Source of the DNA: Minisyncoccia bacterium
Lineage (GTDB): Bacteria; Patescibacteriota; Minisyncoccia; SW-4-49-11
Direction of reading: 5' to 3'
DNA length: 47,688 nucleotides
Assembly: GCA_044341565.1 (NCBI GenBank)
Contig: JBIIRM010000008.1
Span: forward strand, 1 to 47,688
The position numbers were made by a program, and so were the translations under genes. A model generated the notes under the pieces. The model saw nothing but the letters and a program-made list of their open reading frames with translations, was not told the origin of the DNA and made no database searches. This document shows positions 8,214-17,959 of this stretch, piece after piece. The first letter of the stretch is position 1; every line of letters begins with the position of its first letter.

Positions 8214-10043
8214 ATGCAATCAAAATATAAATGGCATATAAAGCCAGCTATTACAAAAGATATCATCAATAGCTATCCAGAATTAAATCCTATTATTTTA
8301 CAATTATTATGGAATAGAGATATTCAGGCTACCAAGGATATAGATAATTTTATTAATTCTGATTATCAAGATTTATTGAATCCATTTTTGATATTGGATA
8401 TGCAAAAAAGCATAGATAGAATTATTGAAGCTTTACAGAAAAAAGAAAAAATTATTATTTTTGGAGATTATGATGCCGATGGAGTAACAGGAAGTACTAT
8501 TTTGTATCAGGGGCTAAAAACAGTATATTTTGCTTTGAATCAAAAAGGTGGATTCCAATTAGGAGATAAAGATATTACAGAATTTGATACATATGTTGAG
8601 GTATATATTCCAGATAGACATAAAGAAGGATATGGATTAAAAGATGAGGGAGTGGCCTATATTTTGTCTCAAAAGCCCAATATAGTTATTACCGTTGATT
8701 GTGGAGTAAGAAGTGCTAAGGAAATTGAAATAATACAAGAATCAGGAATTGATGTCATTGTAGTAGATCATCATTCGGTACCCGAAGAAATGCCTCCAGC
8801 ATTTGGAATTATTGTACCAAAACGAAAAGGAGATCCTTATCCCTTTAAAGAATTATGTGGAGCTGGACTCGCCTTTAAGGTTATTACTGCTCTTTTGAGT
8901 GAGGTCAGAACCAAAATAGGATATGACAGTATACCATTGGGATATGAAAAATGGCTTTTAGATTTAGCTGCTATTGGAACTATTGCTGATATGGTACCAC
9001 TTGTGGGGGAGAATAGAATTCTCGTTAGATATGGGCTTTATGTGCTCGCTAAGACTCGAAATATAGGGCTACAAGCCTTGATTGAAGAAACAGGTATTAT
9101 GCCTGAAGTTGATGAAATAGATGGTGTGGAGTCAGCTAATATTAGTGTATATTCAGTAGGATTTCAAATAGCTCCTCGTATTAATGCTGCGGGAAGAATT
9201 GCACATGCTAATCAAGCTTTTAAACTTTTTACTACGCAGGATATAACTGAGGCACAACATTTGGCTCAAGAATTACAAAAGCTCAATGATCATAGAAAAA
9301 GTCTTACTGATACAGTTCTCAAAGAAGTGGAAGCAAAATTAGCCCAATATGATGATATTTCTCAATTAGCAGTTATTTTTGAAGGAGATAAAAATTGGTC
9401 AATTGGTGTATTGGGGATAGTTGCTTCAAGATTAGTAGAAAAATATTATAGGCCAGTGATTTTGTATCAGGAACAGCCCCATCATAATGTCGCCTCAGCT
9501 CGAAGTATTCCAGAATTTAATATTGCTGATGCGGTACAAAATATGCAAGATATTATTATTTCAGGAGGAGGACATAGTCAAGCAGCAGGATTATCATTTG
9601 ATACTCATCAAACTGATGCTGTCAAAGAATCATTGCAAAGTCAAATTCGTAAGCAAGTTGATATTAATAGTTTATCCCCCTATAAAAAAGTAGATATAGA
9701 ATTATCAGCCGAAGCTGTAGACTGGGATTTATATGATACCTTTTATAAATTGGCTCCATTTGGTATGCAAAATCCAAATCCAGTATTTTTGGTGCGTAAA
9801 TTAAGAATAACTGATATTAAACCACTTGGAAAAGAACAAAATCATGTCAAATTACAATTGATATCAGAAGCTCAAGCAGGAAGGCCATTAACTATTTCTG
9901 CCATTGGATTTAATTTTGCTTATGTTTTGGATAAACTGCATCGTAATGATATTATTGATCTTGTATTTCGTCTAGAAATCAATGAATGGGGAGGCAATAG
10001 AGAATTGCAACTTCATATTATTGATTTGGCTTCTAGCGAATAA
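8214..10043 (+). CDS. recJ: single-stranded-DNA-specific exonuclease RecJ
   Basis: DHH family motifs IIIFGDYDADGVTG, ITVDCG and VVVDHH, followed by GGHSQAAG (DHHA1) and a C-terminal OB-like region. Confidence 0.93.
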   Translation: MQSKYKWHIKPAITKDIINSYPELNPIILQLLWNRDIQATKDIDNFINSDYQDLLNPFLILDMQKSIDRIIEALQKKEKIIIFGDYDADGVTGSTILYQGLKTVYFALNQKGGFQLGDKDITEFDTYVEVYIPDRHKEGYGLKDEGVAYILSQKPNIVITVDCGVRSAKEIEIIQESGIDVIVVDHHSVPEEMPPAFGIIVPKRKGDPYPFKELCGAGLAFKVITALLSEVRTKIGYDSIPLGYEKWLLDLAAIGTIADMVPLVGENRILVRYGLYVLAKTRNIGLQALIEETGIMPEVDEIDGVESANISVYSVGFQIAPRINAAGRIAHANQAFKLFTTQDITEAQHLAQELQKLNDHRKSLTDTVLKEVEAKLAQYDDISQLAVIFEGDKNWSIGVLGIVASRLVEKYYRPVILYQEQPHHNVASARSIPEFNIADAVQNMQDIIISGGGHSQAAGLSFDTHQTDAVKESLQSQIRKQVDINSLSPYKKVDIELSAEAVDWDLYDTFYKLAPFGMQNPNPVFLVRKLRITDIKPLGKEQNHVKLQLISEAQAGRPLTISAIGFNFAYVLDKLHRNDIIDLVFRLEINEWGGNRELQLHIIDLASSE

Positions 10044-10085
10044 GAATACAGTTGCTCTTTTGTCAAAAACCCTTATAATAAAGAG

Positions 10086-10416
10086 TATCCAAGGAGAATG
10101 GTAATCGCGCATATCCATATATATGGTGAGTGAGGAAAGTCTGGACACCTATTACTTTGTAATAAATGATAGTGGGTAATACCCACCATTGAGCTTGCTC
10201 AATCGGGATAGTATCGCAGAAACAAGACATTTGAGTATATCTCATCTAAGGTGAAAAGAGATAAACCCTATCAGGTGCAAGGCCGTGCTTTTCTGTATTG
10301 AAAAGAGTGCCGCCAAGAATATGCTGGTAACAGTATATCAAGATAAATGATTACCTATGTATATTTGCTTGCAAGTATGCATAACAGAATCCAGCTTATA
10401 TTCTTCTTGGATAATT
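10086..10416 (+). ncRNA. rnpB: RNase P RNA (bacterial type A-like)
   Basis: Conserved CR-I-like GAGGAAAGTCTGGAC at 10132-10146 and CR-V-like ACAGAATCCAGCTTAT at 10384-10399. Internal GGGTAATACCCACC and AGATAAATGATTACC resemble universal rnpB elements. The P1 helix forms between TATCCAAGGAGAAT (10086-10099) and ATTCTTCTTGGATA (10400-10413) with one G-U pair. A TATAAT at 10074-10079 puts a transcription start near 10086. Confidence 0.85.
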
Positions 10417-10435
10417 CTATAAACAATTACTATAT

Positions 10436-11851
10436 ATGAATAGATTCGAGTTATTATTTAGTGCTATACGAGTACCCATAGATTTTTTTGTCATTCTTTT
10501 GGCAGGAATATTATCTTATCAATTACGTATATCTGAATTTGCAATAGAGGTTCGTCCCATACCATATGATTTCAGTAGTGACTGGTATAATGGATTTGTT
10601 ATTGTATTTGCATTAGTAACCGTAATTATCCTTGCAATATCAGGAATGTATAGTGTCAGGAAAACTCCAGGAATTGTGAGCGAATTTTATCGTATTTTGA
10701 GTTCTGTATCAATCACAATTTTAATTATTATTTTATATTATTTCTTTTATTCTCGTGATTTATTCTCATCAAGATTTTTGATTATTTCCCTTTGGGCATT
10801 AGCTATTATCTTATTATTAATTGGAAGATTATTAGTACATAGCATACAGGATGCTATTGTAAGGCATTATAAATGGGGAATACATAGAGTTGTTATTATT
10901 ACAGGAGAAGATATAGCTGGTAAATTAGTACTTGATGCACTTAATACTAAAGACGGTATAGGATATCAAATAGTAGAAACACAAAAAGTATTGAATCTGA
11001 AAGGCTTAAGGCATTTAGCATTGACTAAACAAATTGACGAAGTAATTTTAGCAGATACCAAATTACCACAAGATCAATTAATTACAGTAAATTATCTGTG
11101 TGAGGAATATAAAATTGATTTTCAATATATCCCCAATATATTCGATATATATACACAGGTAGAGGTAAAAAATCTCTCAGGAGTATTATTATTTAGAGTA
11201 AAGCGTACAACCTTAGAAGGATGGGGAAGTATCTGGAAGAGATTATTCGATATTATTGTTGCTACATTAGCTATTATTATCCTCTCCCCAATTTATCTTA
11301 TTACCATTATTGCAATAAAACTTGATTCACCAGGACCAATTCTCTATAAAAGTCGTAGAGTGGGAGTAGCAAAAAAACCATTTGATGTATACAAATTCCG
11401 GAGTATGTATGAGGAATTATGTACGGATGAAGATAATGCAGAATCTATTGCCTTAGAGCAGAAAATATTAGCAGAAAAAGGTATCAAAAAAGGTCCCGTC
11501 AATAAAATTAAAGATGACCCTCGTGTTACTAAATTAGGGAAATTTATTCGTAAAACCAGTATAGATGAATTACCGCAATTCTTTAATGTACTCGTAGGAA
11601 GTATGAGTCTTGTAGGTCCTCGCCCTCATCAACCACGAGAAGTAGATAAATATAAACAACATCATAAAAAAGTACTCACAATCAAACCTGGAATAACCGG
11701 TATGGCGCAAGTTAATGGCCGCTCAGACTTGAGTTTTGAAGAAGAAGTATTATATGATACCTTTTATATAGAGAATTGGAGTATATGGCTGGATATTATT
11801 ATACTACTCAAAACGCCTTGGGCAATCATAGCTCCCCGCAAAGCTGATTAA
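10436..11851 (+). CDS. polyprenyl-phosphate glycosyl-1-phosphate transferase (WbaP/bacterial sugar transferase family)
   Basis: N-terminal TM bundle and a C-terminal sugar-transferase domain: [42 protein letters not shown]...YKFRSM...[22 protein letters not shown]...[11 protein letters not shown]. Confidence 0.9.
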   Translation: MNRFELLFSAIRVPIDFFVILLAGILSYQLRISEFAIEVRPIPYDFSSDWYNGFVIVFALVTVIILAISGMYSVRKTPGIVSEFYRILSSVSITILIIILYYFFYSRDLFSSRFLIISLWALAIILLLIGRLLVHSIQDAIVRHYKWGIHRVVIITGEDIAGKLVLDALNTKDGIGYQIVETQKVLNLKGLRHLALTKQIDEVILADTKLPQDQLITVNYLCEEYKIDFQYIPNIFDIYTQVEVKNLSGVLLFRVKRTTLEGWGSIWKRLFDIIVATLAIIILSPIYLITIIAIKLDSPGPILYKSRRVGVAKKPFDVYKFRSMYEELCTDEDNAESIALEQKILAEKGIKKGPVNKIKDDPRVTKLGKFIRKTSIDELPQFFNVLVGSMSLVGPRPHQPREVDKYKQHHKKVLTIKPGITGMAQVNGRSDLSFEEEVLYDTFYIENWSIWLDIIILLKTPWAIIAPRKAD

Positions 11852-11911
11852 AAAATTGAGAATTATATATCAATATGATATAATAAAAATAATGTAAAAT
11901 AAATAGATATT

Positions 11912-14900
11912 ATGGGAGAATCATTTAGACAAATACCCGAAGATTATAGAGAGCCTAATGAACATGATAGAGGTTTAGAAAATGGTCAAGGACTTATAGA
12001 ATTTGTTTCTGCTTCAGTCAAAAAAAGGAATAGATTTAATAAGGAATTAGGGCCAGTCATTGGTATTACGGACACAGATAATTTGGCTAAATTAAGACGT
12101 AAACTTCAAGAAGAATTGACAATCCCACAGTTAAATGGTAATACATTAGATTTAGAAACAGTAAATTTTTTACGTAATCGTTATGGTTTTGATGCTTTAG
12201 GACAAGAAGAATATGAGGTACAGCAAAGCCAGACACAGGAAGTTGAAAATAGTGTTGAACAGTTAGCTCCAGAAGAAAAAATTAGTCTTAACTCCCTAAA
12301 TTCAGAACAAACTCAAATAGTAGAAGAGGAAACAGGAATAACTCCTGAAATACCAGCTGAGCAAGAATTGGTATCAGAAGTATTGTCACCCATACAGGAC
12401 CAACAAGATCAAATTACCCCTATTGCGGAAGAATCAATTCTTCAAAATCCTGAGCAAGTTGCTCCAAAAGAAGAATTGACTTCTGAAAATCCAGATGTAC
12501 AGGGAATGTTGGCTGAGGTCACAGCTATTGTAGAGGCGGAACAACAGGAGGAAGAAAAATTAGATGTACCTGAAGGAGGAGAAAATAAAGGAGAAGAGAC
12601 TGAAAGATTAACACAAGAAGCTCGTGAAACTATTGCTATATATCAAAAATTTGGACAAGAGCATCCTATTTTTACAAGAGATCAGGCAACGCAAGAGCGA
12701 TATCGTCAATTAGAAGCTGAAGCTTGGGGAGCTCAGAATAGACTTGCTCATATGAATGGGGGAGAAATTTTTGCTTTACCACAAAAAAGAGATATAGAAT
12801 TATCACATCCAGAAGCAAAAGACACAAAAGACTATCTGGAATCATTAGAATATGGATTTGATGAGAAGGGTAATATTATTACCATTAAACATCATAATAA
12901 AAATATAGAATTGAATCGACCTTATAGTGTGGCAAATTTGATAGATAAAGCTCGACCAGCACAAATACTTACTGATATTAATTTAGATAATATCGATACA
13001 GATCTACATCGTATAGGATATGTATTACCGGGTTTGAATCCCCAAACCCCAGACTTTATTGTGAGTACACTCAGCAAAGATGAATTTATACAAGGAGTGA
13101 TTGTTGATGATATTGTTCCCGAACAAGTAGTAACACCTGAAGCTAATCCAGAGATACAAGCTTCTAGTGTTTTATTTCCGCCCGAGCCAACGGCAGAACA
13201 ATTACCAATCACCCCAGTACCAGAAGTTAATCTTGAAGTAGAAAACTCTACGCTTGAAGTTGTGATAAGTCCAGAAATAGAACAAGCACCAATAAATCCA
13301 GATTTGGGAAGTTTATATTATCAAGAAATTCAATTATGGAATAATATTCAAGCATTAAAAGAGCGAAGAGAGCAAAAAGAAGCTAAAGAAGAAGATATTG
13401 ATACACAAATTGAAAAAGCCGAGTCAGATTATCAAAGTTTTATAAACACATTATGGGGAAGTGAATTGGGAAGACGTTTTGTCCAATTTCTTGATTTGCG
13501 TACAGAGAGTGCATATACTGAAGAGCAAAATAATAAATATGGTAGAGATAAAGGTTTATTAGAGAAAATTCGTGATAAATTCTCAAGAGAAGATGTATCA
13601 GATACAGAAGAATTAAGTCCTAAAGATCAGGAACTTAAGGCTAGAAATGAATATAATCAAGCTTTACAAGAATTAATTAGAACTGAATCAGCTATTGGAT
13701 TAGAATCAGAAATACAAACATTATTTGCAACTGAAGTACAGCGTTTGCGAGATGAAAGAATAGTACAATCTCAGGAATTACAAGAATGGGATCAAACAGG
13801 ACTTGAAAAAATAGCTAATTCAACTAAAGAAAAACTATTCAACTGGTATATTAAACATAAAAATACTATTGGTAAAGTTAATCTTGCATTATTTGCAACA
13901 AGTACAACACTAGCATTAACTGGAGCTGGACTACCTGTAGCAGGAGCATTAGAGGCTGTAAGGCGTACAATAGCATATCCTATGGCTTTTGCTTCTGGAG
14001 TATCAAGTAGAGAACTTATAAGGTCAAAATTTGAAGATGGGGATGTTAATATACTTAATATTATTAAATATAAAGGGGGAATTACTAAACTAGTAGGGGA
14101 GTCTCTACAAGGAAATTATATTCAGGAAGCTCAAGATACTGAACTTACTGCAAAACTTAGTACCCTGGAGTCTTATTATCGGCTTAATGGAGGTAAATTT
14201 ACTGAATTGTCTCAGCAAAAAGCTTATGAGTTGATATTAACTGAATTAGGGCAGAGAGTAGAAAATCAAAAAATTGATGATGTTAAACCAGATATAGAGC
14301 AACCTGAAGAGCAAGAGACTACAGCTAACACAGGATTAGATTATAATATTAATTTAAAAGATAATCCTATAGAACAAAATCCAAACTATGTTAATAGCTT
14401 ATTAGAGACAGTATCAGAAAAGCGTATTACAGAATTACAAAGACTACAAAGGAATAGAACTATTGCAAATGTAGCAGGAACAGTTGTAGCGGGATCACTA
14501 TTAGTCAATTTAGCGGCACATGCTATTAAACTTGATAAACCAGATATTGCAGATACTCCTGATAATCTGTCTGTTGGGACAAGTCCAGAGACTGCTACTC
14601 CAAATCCTACAGAAATATCTCCAGTTAAACCTGATATTCCATCTTCAGAAGGAGCTGAATCTATGAATGAGGTTGCAAAAGAAGCTACTCAGCAATTATC
14701 AACAGAACAATTACAAGATATCTCTGAATTAAGTAAGGGAGAGACTTTATGGGGAGAAATAGCTAAAAAATTAGGAGCGAATGCCAGTGAAGCCCAAATT
14801 CAACAAGGAGTAGAAACATATATGCAATCAACACAAGGTTCAGAAACTATATTTAATTTAGCAAATCAAACTGAGGGGGGAAGAGCTTTATTATCTCAAT

Positions 14901-15859
14901 GGGGGATTGATAATGCAGGAGAACTATCACAAGTATCAAAAACAGATTTATATGAATTATCTCGTCATCTAGGAGTAGGACAATTAAAGGGGTTAGATAC
15001 ATTAGATATTACTAATCTCCCTCCTCTTGATGAGGTATCAACTCCTACAGGATTAACTCCTCCTGAAAGTCCTAGTTCTGGAGTAACTCCTCCTGGACCT
15101 GGAGCCGAGTCTATTCCTCCAACTGATACTAATACTTTTGCTCGAGAAGTATCTCATACATTGCGTTTAGAGAATACCTCTCTCGATGATAATCAAGTTA
15201 AAGATATTTTGGAAGCATATCATTCCACTGAGCAGGGACGTAATTCTATGTATGAATTAATATTATCCGCTCCTGAAGGAGATACCTATTTATCTAATTT
15301 AGGTATTAAGACTATAGAAGATTTTTCAAATCTATCAGAGGATCAATTATATGAGCTTTCCCAGAGTATTGATTTAAACAAGCTTGAAGGATTTAATTTC
15401 AATAATATTATCTTATCTCGATTTGAAGATGCTCCAAACTCCATTCCATTGATAAAAGGAACCGGAGCTTTATCCCAAGTAAACCAGTATATTGATTTGT
15501 ATGCGGGAGCATTGCCATATAATTCTACTTTGGGACAAGAAGTATTAACTACATATTTGAATACCCCAGAAGGAAAAGATTGGCTATATGATGCTATTGT
15601 AAATAATCCAGATACATTAAATGGAAATCAAGGTATTCAAATTGCAAAAGAATATTTCCGACAAAAGGGTATACAACAGGGAACAGATATTGATTGGACA
15701 CTCTTAAGTGGAGATAAAAAAAATCCCACCTCAATTTTCTGGAGAGAGACCTCTTTGACAGGAGGAAGAAAAATCCCACCATTATCTACTCTTTTGAAAC
15801 CAGGTACAATGCCAGGTATCAAGAAAGCACTTGAGCAAGTATTAACATTAAAACAATAA
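11912..15859 (+). CDS. giant (1315 aa) hypothetical membrane protein: acidic Glu/Gln-rich N-terminal half, central TM segments, C-terminal triple repeat of about 90 aa
   Basis: Uninterrupted 3.9-kb ORF. TM-like stretches are VNLALFATSTTLALTGAGLPVAGAL and IANVAGTVVAGSLLVNLAAHAI. Repeats sit at about 14741-15010, 15131-15400 and 15520-15680 (shared pattern Q[IV]...Y..[ST].QG....[FY].L....EG...LS..GI....S..S...LYELS). I recognise no family. Confidence 0.8.
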   Translation: MGESFRQIPEDYREPNEHDRGLENGQGLIEFVSASVKKRNRFNKELGPVIGITDTDNLAKLRRKLQEELTIPQLNGNTLDLETVNFLRNRYGFDALGQEEYEVQQSQTQEVENSVEQLAPEEKISLNSLNSEQTQIVEEETGITPEIPAEQELVSEVLSPIQDQQDQITPIAEESILQNPEQVAPKEELTSENPDVQGMLAEVTAIVEAEQQEEEKLDVPEGGENKGEETERLTQEARETIAIYQKFGQEHPIFTRDQATQERYRQLEAEAWGAQNRLAHMNGGEIFALPQKRDIELSHPEAKDTKDYLESLEYGFDEKGNIITIKHHNKNIELNRPYSVANLIDKARPAQILTDINLDNIDTDLHRIGYVLPGLNPQTPDFIVSTLSKDEFIQGVIVDDIVPEQVVTPEANPEIQASSVLFPPEPTAEQLPITPVPEVNLEVENSTLEVVISPEIEQAPINPDLGSLYYQEIQLWNNIQALKERREQKEAKEEDIDTQIEKAESDYQSFINTLWGSELGRRFVQFLDLRTESAYTEEQNNKYGRDKGLLEKIRDKFSREDVSDTEELSPKDQELKARNEYNQALQELIRTESAIGLESEIQTLFATEVQRLRDERIVQSQELQEWDQTGLEKIANSTKEKLFNWYIKHKNTIGKVNLALFATSTTLALTGAGLPVAGALEAVRRTIAYPMAFASGVSSRELIRSKFEDGDVNILNIIKYKGGITKLVGESLQGNYIQEAQDTELTAKLSTLESYYRLNGGKFTELSQQKAYELILTELGQRVENQKIDDVKPDIEQPEEQETTANTGLDYNINLKDNPIEQNPNYVNSLLETVSEKRITELQRLQRNRTIANVAGTVVAGSLLVNLAAHAIKLDKPDIADTPDNLSVGTSPETATPNPTEISPVKPDIPSSEGAESMNEVAKEATQQLSTEQLQDISELSKGETLWGEIAKKLGANASEAQIQQGVETYMQSTQGSETIFNLANQTEGGRALLSQWGIDNAGELSQVSKTDLYELSRHLGVGQLKGLDTLDITNLPPLDEVSTPTGLTPPESPSSGVTPPGPGAESIPPTDTNTFAREVSHTLRLENTSLDDNQVKDILEAYHSTEQGRNSMYELILSAPEGDTYLSNLGIKTIEDFSNLSEDQLYELSQSIDLNKLEGFNFNNIILSRFEDAPNSIPLIKGTGALSQVNQYIDLYAGALPYNSTLGQEVLTTYLNTPEGKDWLYDAIVNNPDTLNGNQGIQIAKEYFRQKGIQQGTDIDWTLLSGDKKNPTSIFWRETSLTGGRKIPPLSTLLKPGTMPGIKKALEQVLTLKQ

Positions 15860-15860
15860 T

Positions 15861-16277
15861 ATGGCAAATCCAGAAGACAATATTATCGCATTATTAGGAC
15901 TAGAAGATTTACCTGTTGAGAATAGAGCTCAATTAGTGGATGAATTAACCCAAATTCTTGAAGTTCGTGTACTCAGTGCCGCTTATGATACATTGAGTGA
16001 AGATCAGGCAAAACATTTAGATACACTACTTAATGAGAATAATCCAGAAGTAGTCACTACCTATATTCAAGAAAATGTTCCAACTCTTAGTGATATATTT
16101 GCCAATCAAATAGAAGTATTAAAAGAGGAATTAGTACAACATAAAGAGAAAATCACCAAGAATTTGACACAAGAATTAGAACTTGAGCATAATCACGATG
16201 AAGATGATGGACATACTCATGAACATGGAGAAGATCATATTCACACAGAATCAGGTGACGAAAATCCTACAGAATAA
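15861..16277 (+). CDS. small acidic protein with a His-rich C-terminal tail
   Basis: It starts 1 nt after the giant gene's stop, so translational coupling is likely. The tail is ELEHNHDEDDGHTHEHGEDHIHTESGDENPTE (about 16182-16277), and the rest looks helical and acidic. Confidence 0.7.
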   Translation: MANPEDNIIALLGLEDLPVENRAQLVDELTQILEVRVLSAAYDTLSEDQAKHLDTLLNENNPEVVTTYIQENVPTLSDIFANQIEVLKEELVQHKEKITKNLTQELELEHNHDEDDGHTHEHGEDHIHTESGDENPTE

Positions 16278-17384
16278 TTATCCAATTACTGGTATAGAGA
16301 ATCTAGGTTCGGGGCTTGATTTACGAGATTTTTTGGCTTCAAATGTATTGAGATAAGCATAGTGATATTTATGTACTTGTCCTTCAATAGATAATATATC
16401 TTGAATTATTGGCATATATTCTGAGGCTATGCGCTTGAGAATAGGATACATATCCTCAATAATATTGAGCCCGGTTACAATAGAGCTATAATTATAAGGA
16501 GTAAAGAATATTCCATTTGCTTTTATTAATTCTTGATTATATTCTCCTTTTGAAGCAAGAACAGGAATCCCAGCAATTAGAGCTAGGGATAGAGGATATT
16601 TATCTTCATTATTCGGAGAAATTTCTACAAATATATGAGCATTTTGAATCAGAGACTGTTCGGTATTCCCGCTTAATTCTCCTACAAAAAGCATAGTATC
16701 ATTTTGATAAGACTCACGTATAGATGGCTTTACTTTACCCAGTACAATAACAGGAAGATTCAGATTATGTTTGCGATATGCCTTTAACCATAATTCTAAA
16801 CTTTCAGAATCTCTATATTGCCCATTATGAACCAGAATATATTCTTGAGGATATAAATCTTTGAAATTATTTTGAGAATTTACAATAGAAGCAGTATCAA
16901 TTCCTGTTGGTATACTATATACTTTTGATTTAAAAGAAGCGTTTAGGAGAGTTTGTAATTCTGGATTATCTATAATCAAAGAATCAGAAAACTGAGCAGA
17001 TATATAAGAGAGTAGCATATAGCGTCGTCTATTCTTTTTGCTATTGACAAAAGTATATTGATGATAATCAAAAATAACCCTTACTTGAGGCATTTGTAAT
17101 GATACCCAAAAAGCCACCCAAGCATATTCTAGCGATCTAATATGTACAATATCAAGATTTTCTATTTTCCGGAGCTCACGAATAATGGACTTAACTTTAG
17201 GTTGACTGGGAATAATATGAATATTCTTATATTCCGTTAATTGGGTGTAATTAGGGTCTGAGAGCACATATACAGAATGTCCTCGTCTTGCCAATTGAGT
17301 CGCTACAATTTCACAATTATACTCATTTCTATCTCGAGTATTTTGATAAGGAATTCCTCTGGTACCAACAAATGCTATGACCAT
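16278..17384 (-). CDS. glycosyltransferase (GT-B fold, GT4-like)
   Basis: The N-terminus MVIAFVGTRGIPYQN...ATQLARRGHSVYVL and the C-terminal half (LFVGELSG...EISPNNEDKYPLSLALIAGIPVLAS) fit GT-B glycosyltransferases. The track start at 17408 is a TTG, and ATG at 17384 is preferred. Confidence 0.75.
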   Translation of the reverse strand: MVIAFVGTRGIPYQNTRDRNEYNCEIVATQLARRGHSVYVLSDPNYTQLTEYKNIHIIPSQPKVKSIIRELRKIENLDIVHIRSLEYAWVAFWVSLQMPQVRVIFDYHQYTFVNSKKNRRRYMLLSYISAQFSDSLIIDNPELQTLLNASFKSKVYSIPTGIDTASIVNSQNNFKDLYPQEYILVHNGQYRDSESLELWLKAYRKHNLNLPVIVLGKVKPSIRESYQNDTMLFVGELSGNTEQSLIQNAHIFVEISPNNEDKYPLSLALIAGIPVLASKGEYNQELIKANGIFFTPYNYSSIVTGLNIIEDMYPILKRIASEYMPIIQDILSIEGQVHKYHYAYLNTFEAKKSRKSSPEPRFSIPVIG

Positions 17385-17453
17385 ATGGGATATTAGTTCT
17401 ACAGACAAAAACTATAGCATAAAATAGCAGTTTTGTCAATTTCTGATATTATT

Positions 17454-17956
17454 TTTCCACCCCTTTCCCTGCTACCCCTCAATTTATCTCCCGTAGGGAG
17501 AGAGGGGAATTAGCTAAGTCCACACCCGTCGACTTTGTCGACACCCTCGCCGGCGAGGCCTGCCTGCGGTAGGCAGGGACAGTTTTATTGTCCTCCCTTG
17601 GGGGAGCTTTGGTTCCTCCTATATTTGTTTAGGAGGGGGTGCCCGTAATAGACTGAAGGTCTGGGAAAGGGGTCGGGAAAACAGAAGTTTTCCCGTGGAG
17701 GAAGGTTGGGAAACCGTGAGGTTTCACAGGAGCAAATCCCATTTGCGACGGGGGAGGGAGGATAGAGTTTAAGTTTGTATTTTATCCACCCCGTCCAGCA
17801 AAGCTGTCCACCCCTCAAGAGGGGAATATATACAATGTACTGTCCTAAAAATTCCCCTCATGGGTTGTGAGTAGATAGGAGTCAGTATATAACAAAGTGC
17901 TTTGTCCGAAAAATTCCCCTCTTGAGGGGTGCCGTCGCTAGACGGCGGGGTGGAAA
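17454..17956 (+). repeat. G+C-rich mosaic stem-loop cassette, copy A (the largest), bounded by a 10-nt inverted repeat
   Basis: TTTCCACCCC (17454-17463) and GGGGTGGAAA (17947-17956). At least 11 short perfect GC-rich hairpins are present. The backbone is shared with 38577-38778, 42131-42206 and 47131-47305. Confidence 0.85.
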
Positions 17957-17959
17957 GTA

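Noticed and set aside
10063-10245. 60-aa minus-strand ORF in the recJ downstream spacer
   Set aside because: It lies entirely inside the RNase P RNA gene on the opposite strand. It has odd composition (Cys/Trp/Tyr-rich) and no start context.
14729-14790. LysM domain in the first C-terminal repeat of the giant protein (KGETLWGEIAKKLG resembles the LysM opening GDTLW.IAKKYG)
   Set aside because: Only the first 14 residues or so fit. The rest of the module lacks the LysM N-x-L / G-Q-x-L-x-[IV]-P pattern, and the other two repeats lack the motif.
17585-17818. 77-aa minus-strand ORF inside cassette copy A (and similarly 38509-38715 on the plus strand in copy B)
   Set aside because: The products are Pro/Gly/Cys/Arg-rich low-complexity strings. 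Homologous DNA in the other copies is read in different frames and orientations and is interrupted by hairpin-sized insertions and deletions, so no frame is conserved.
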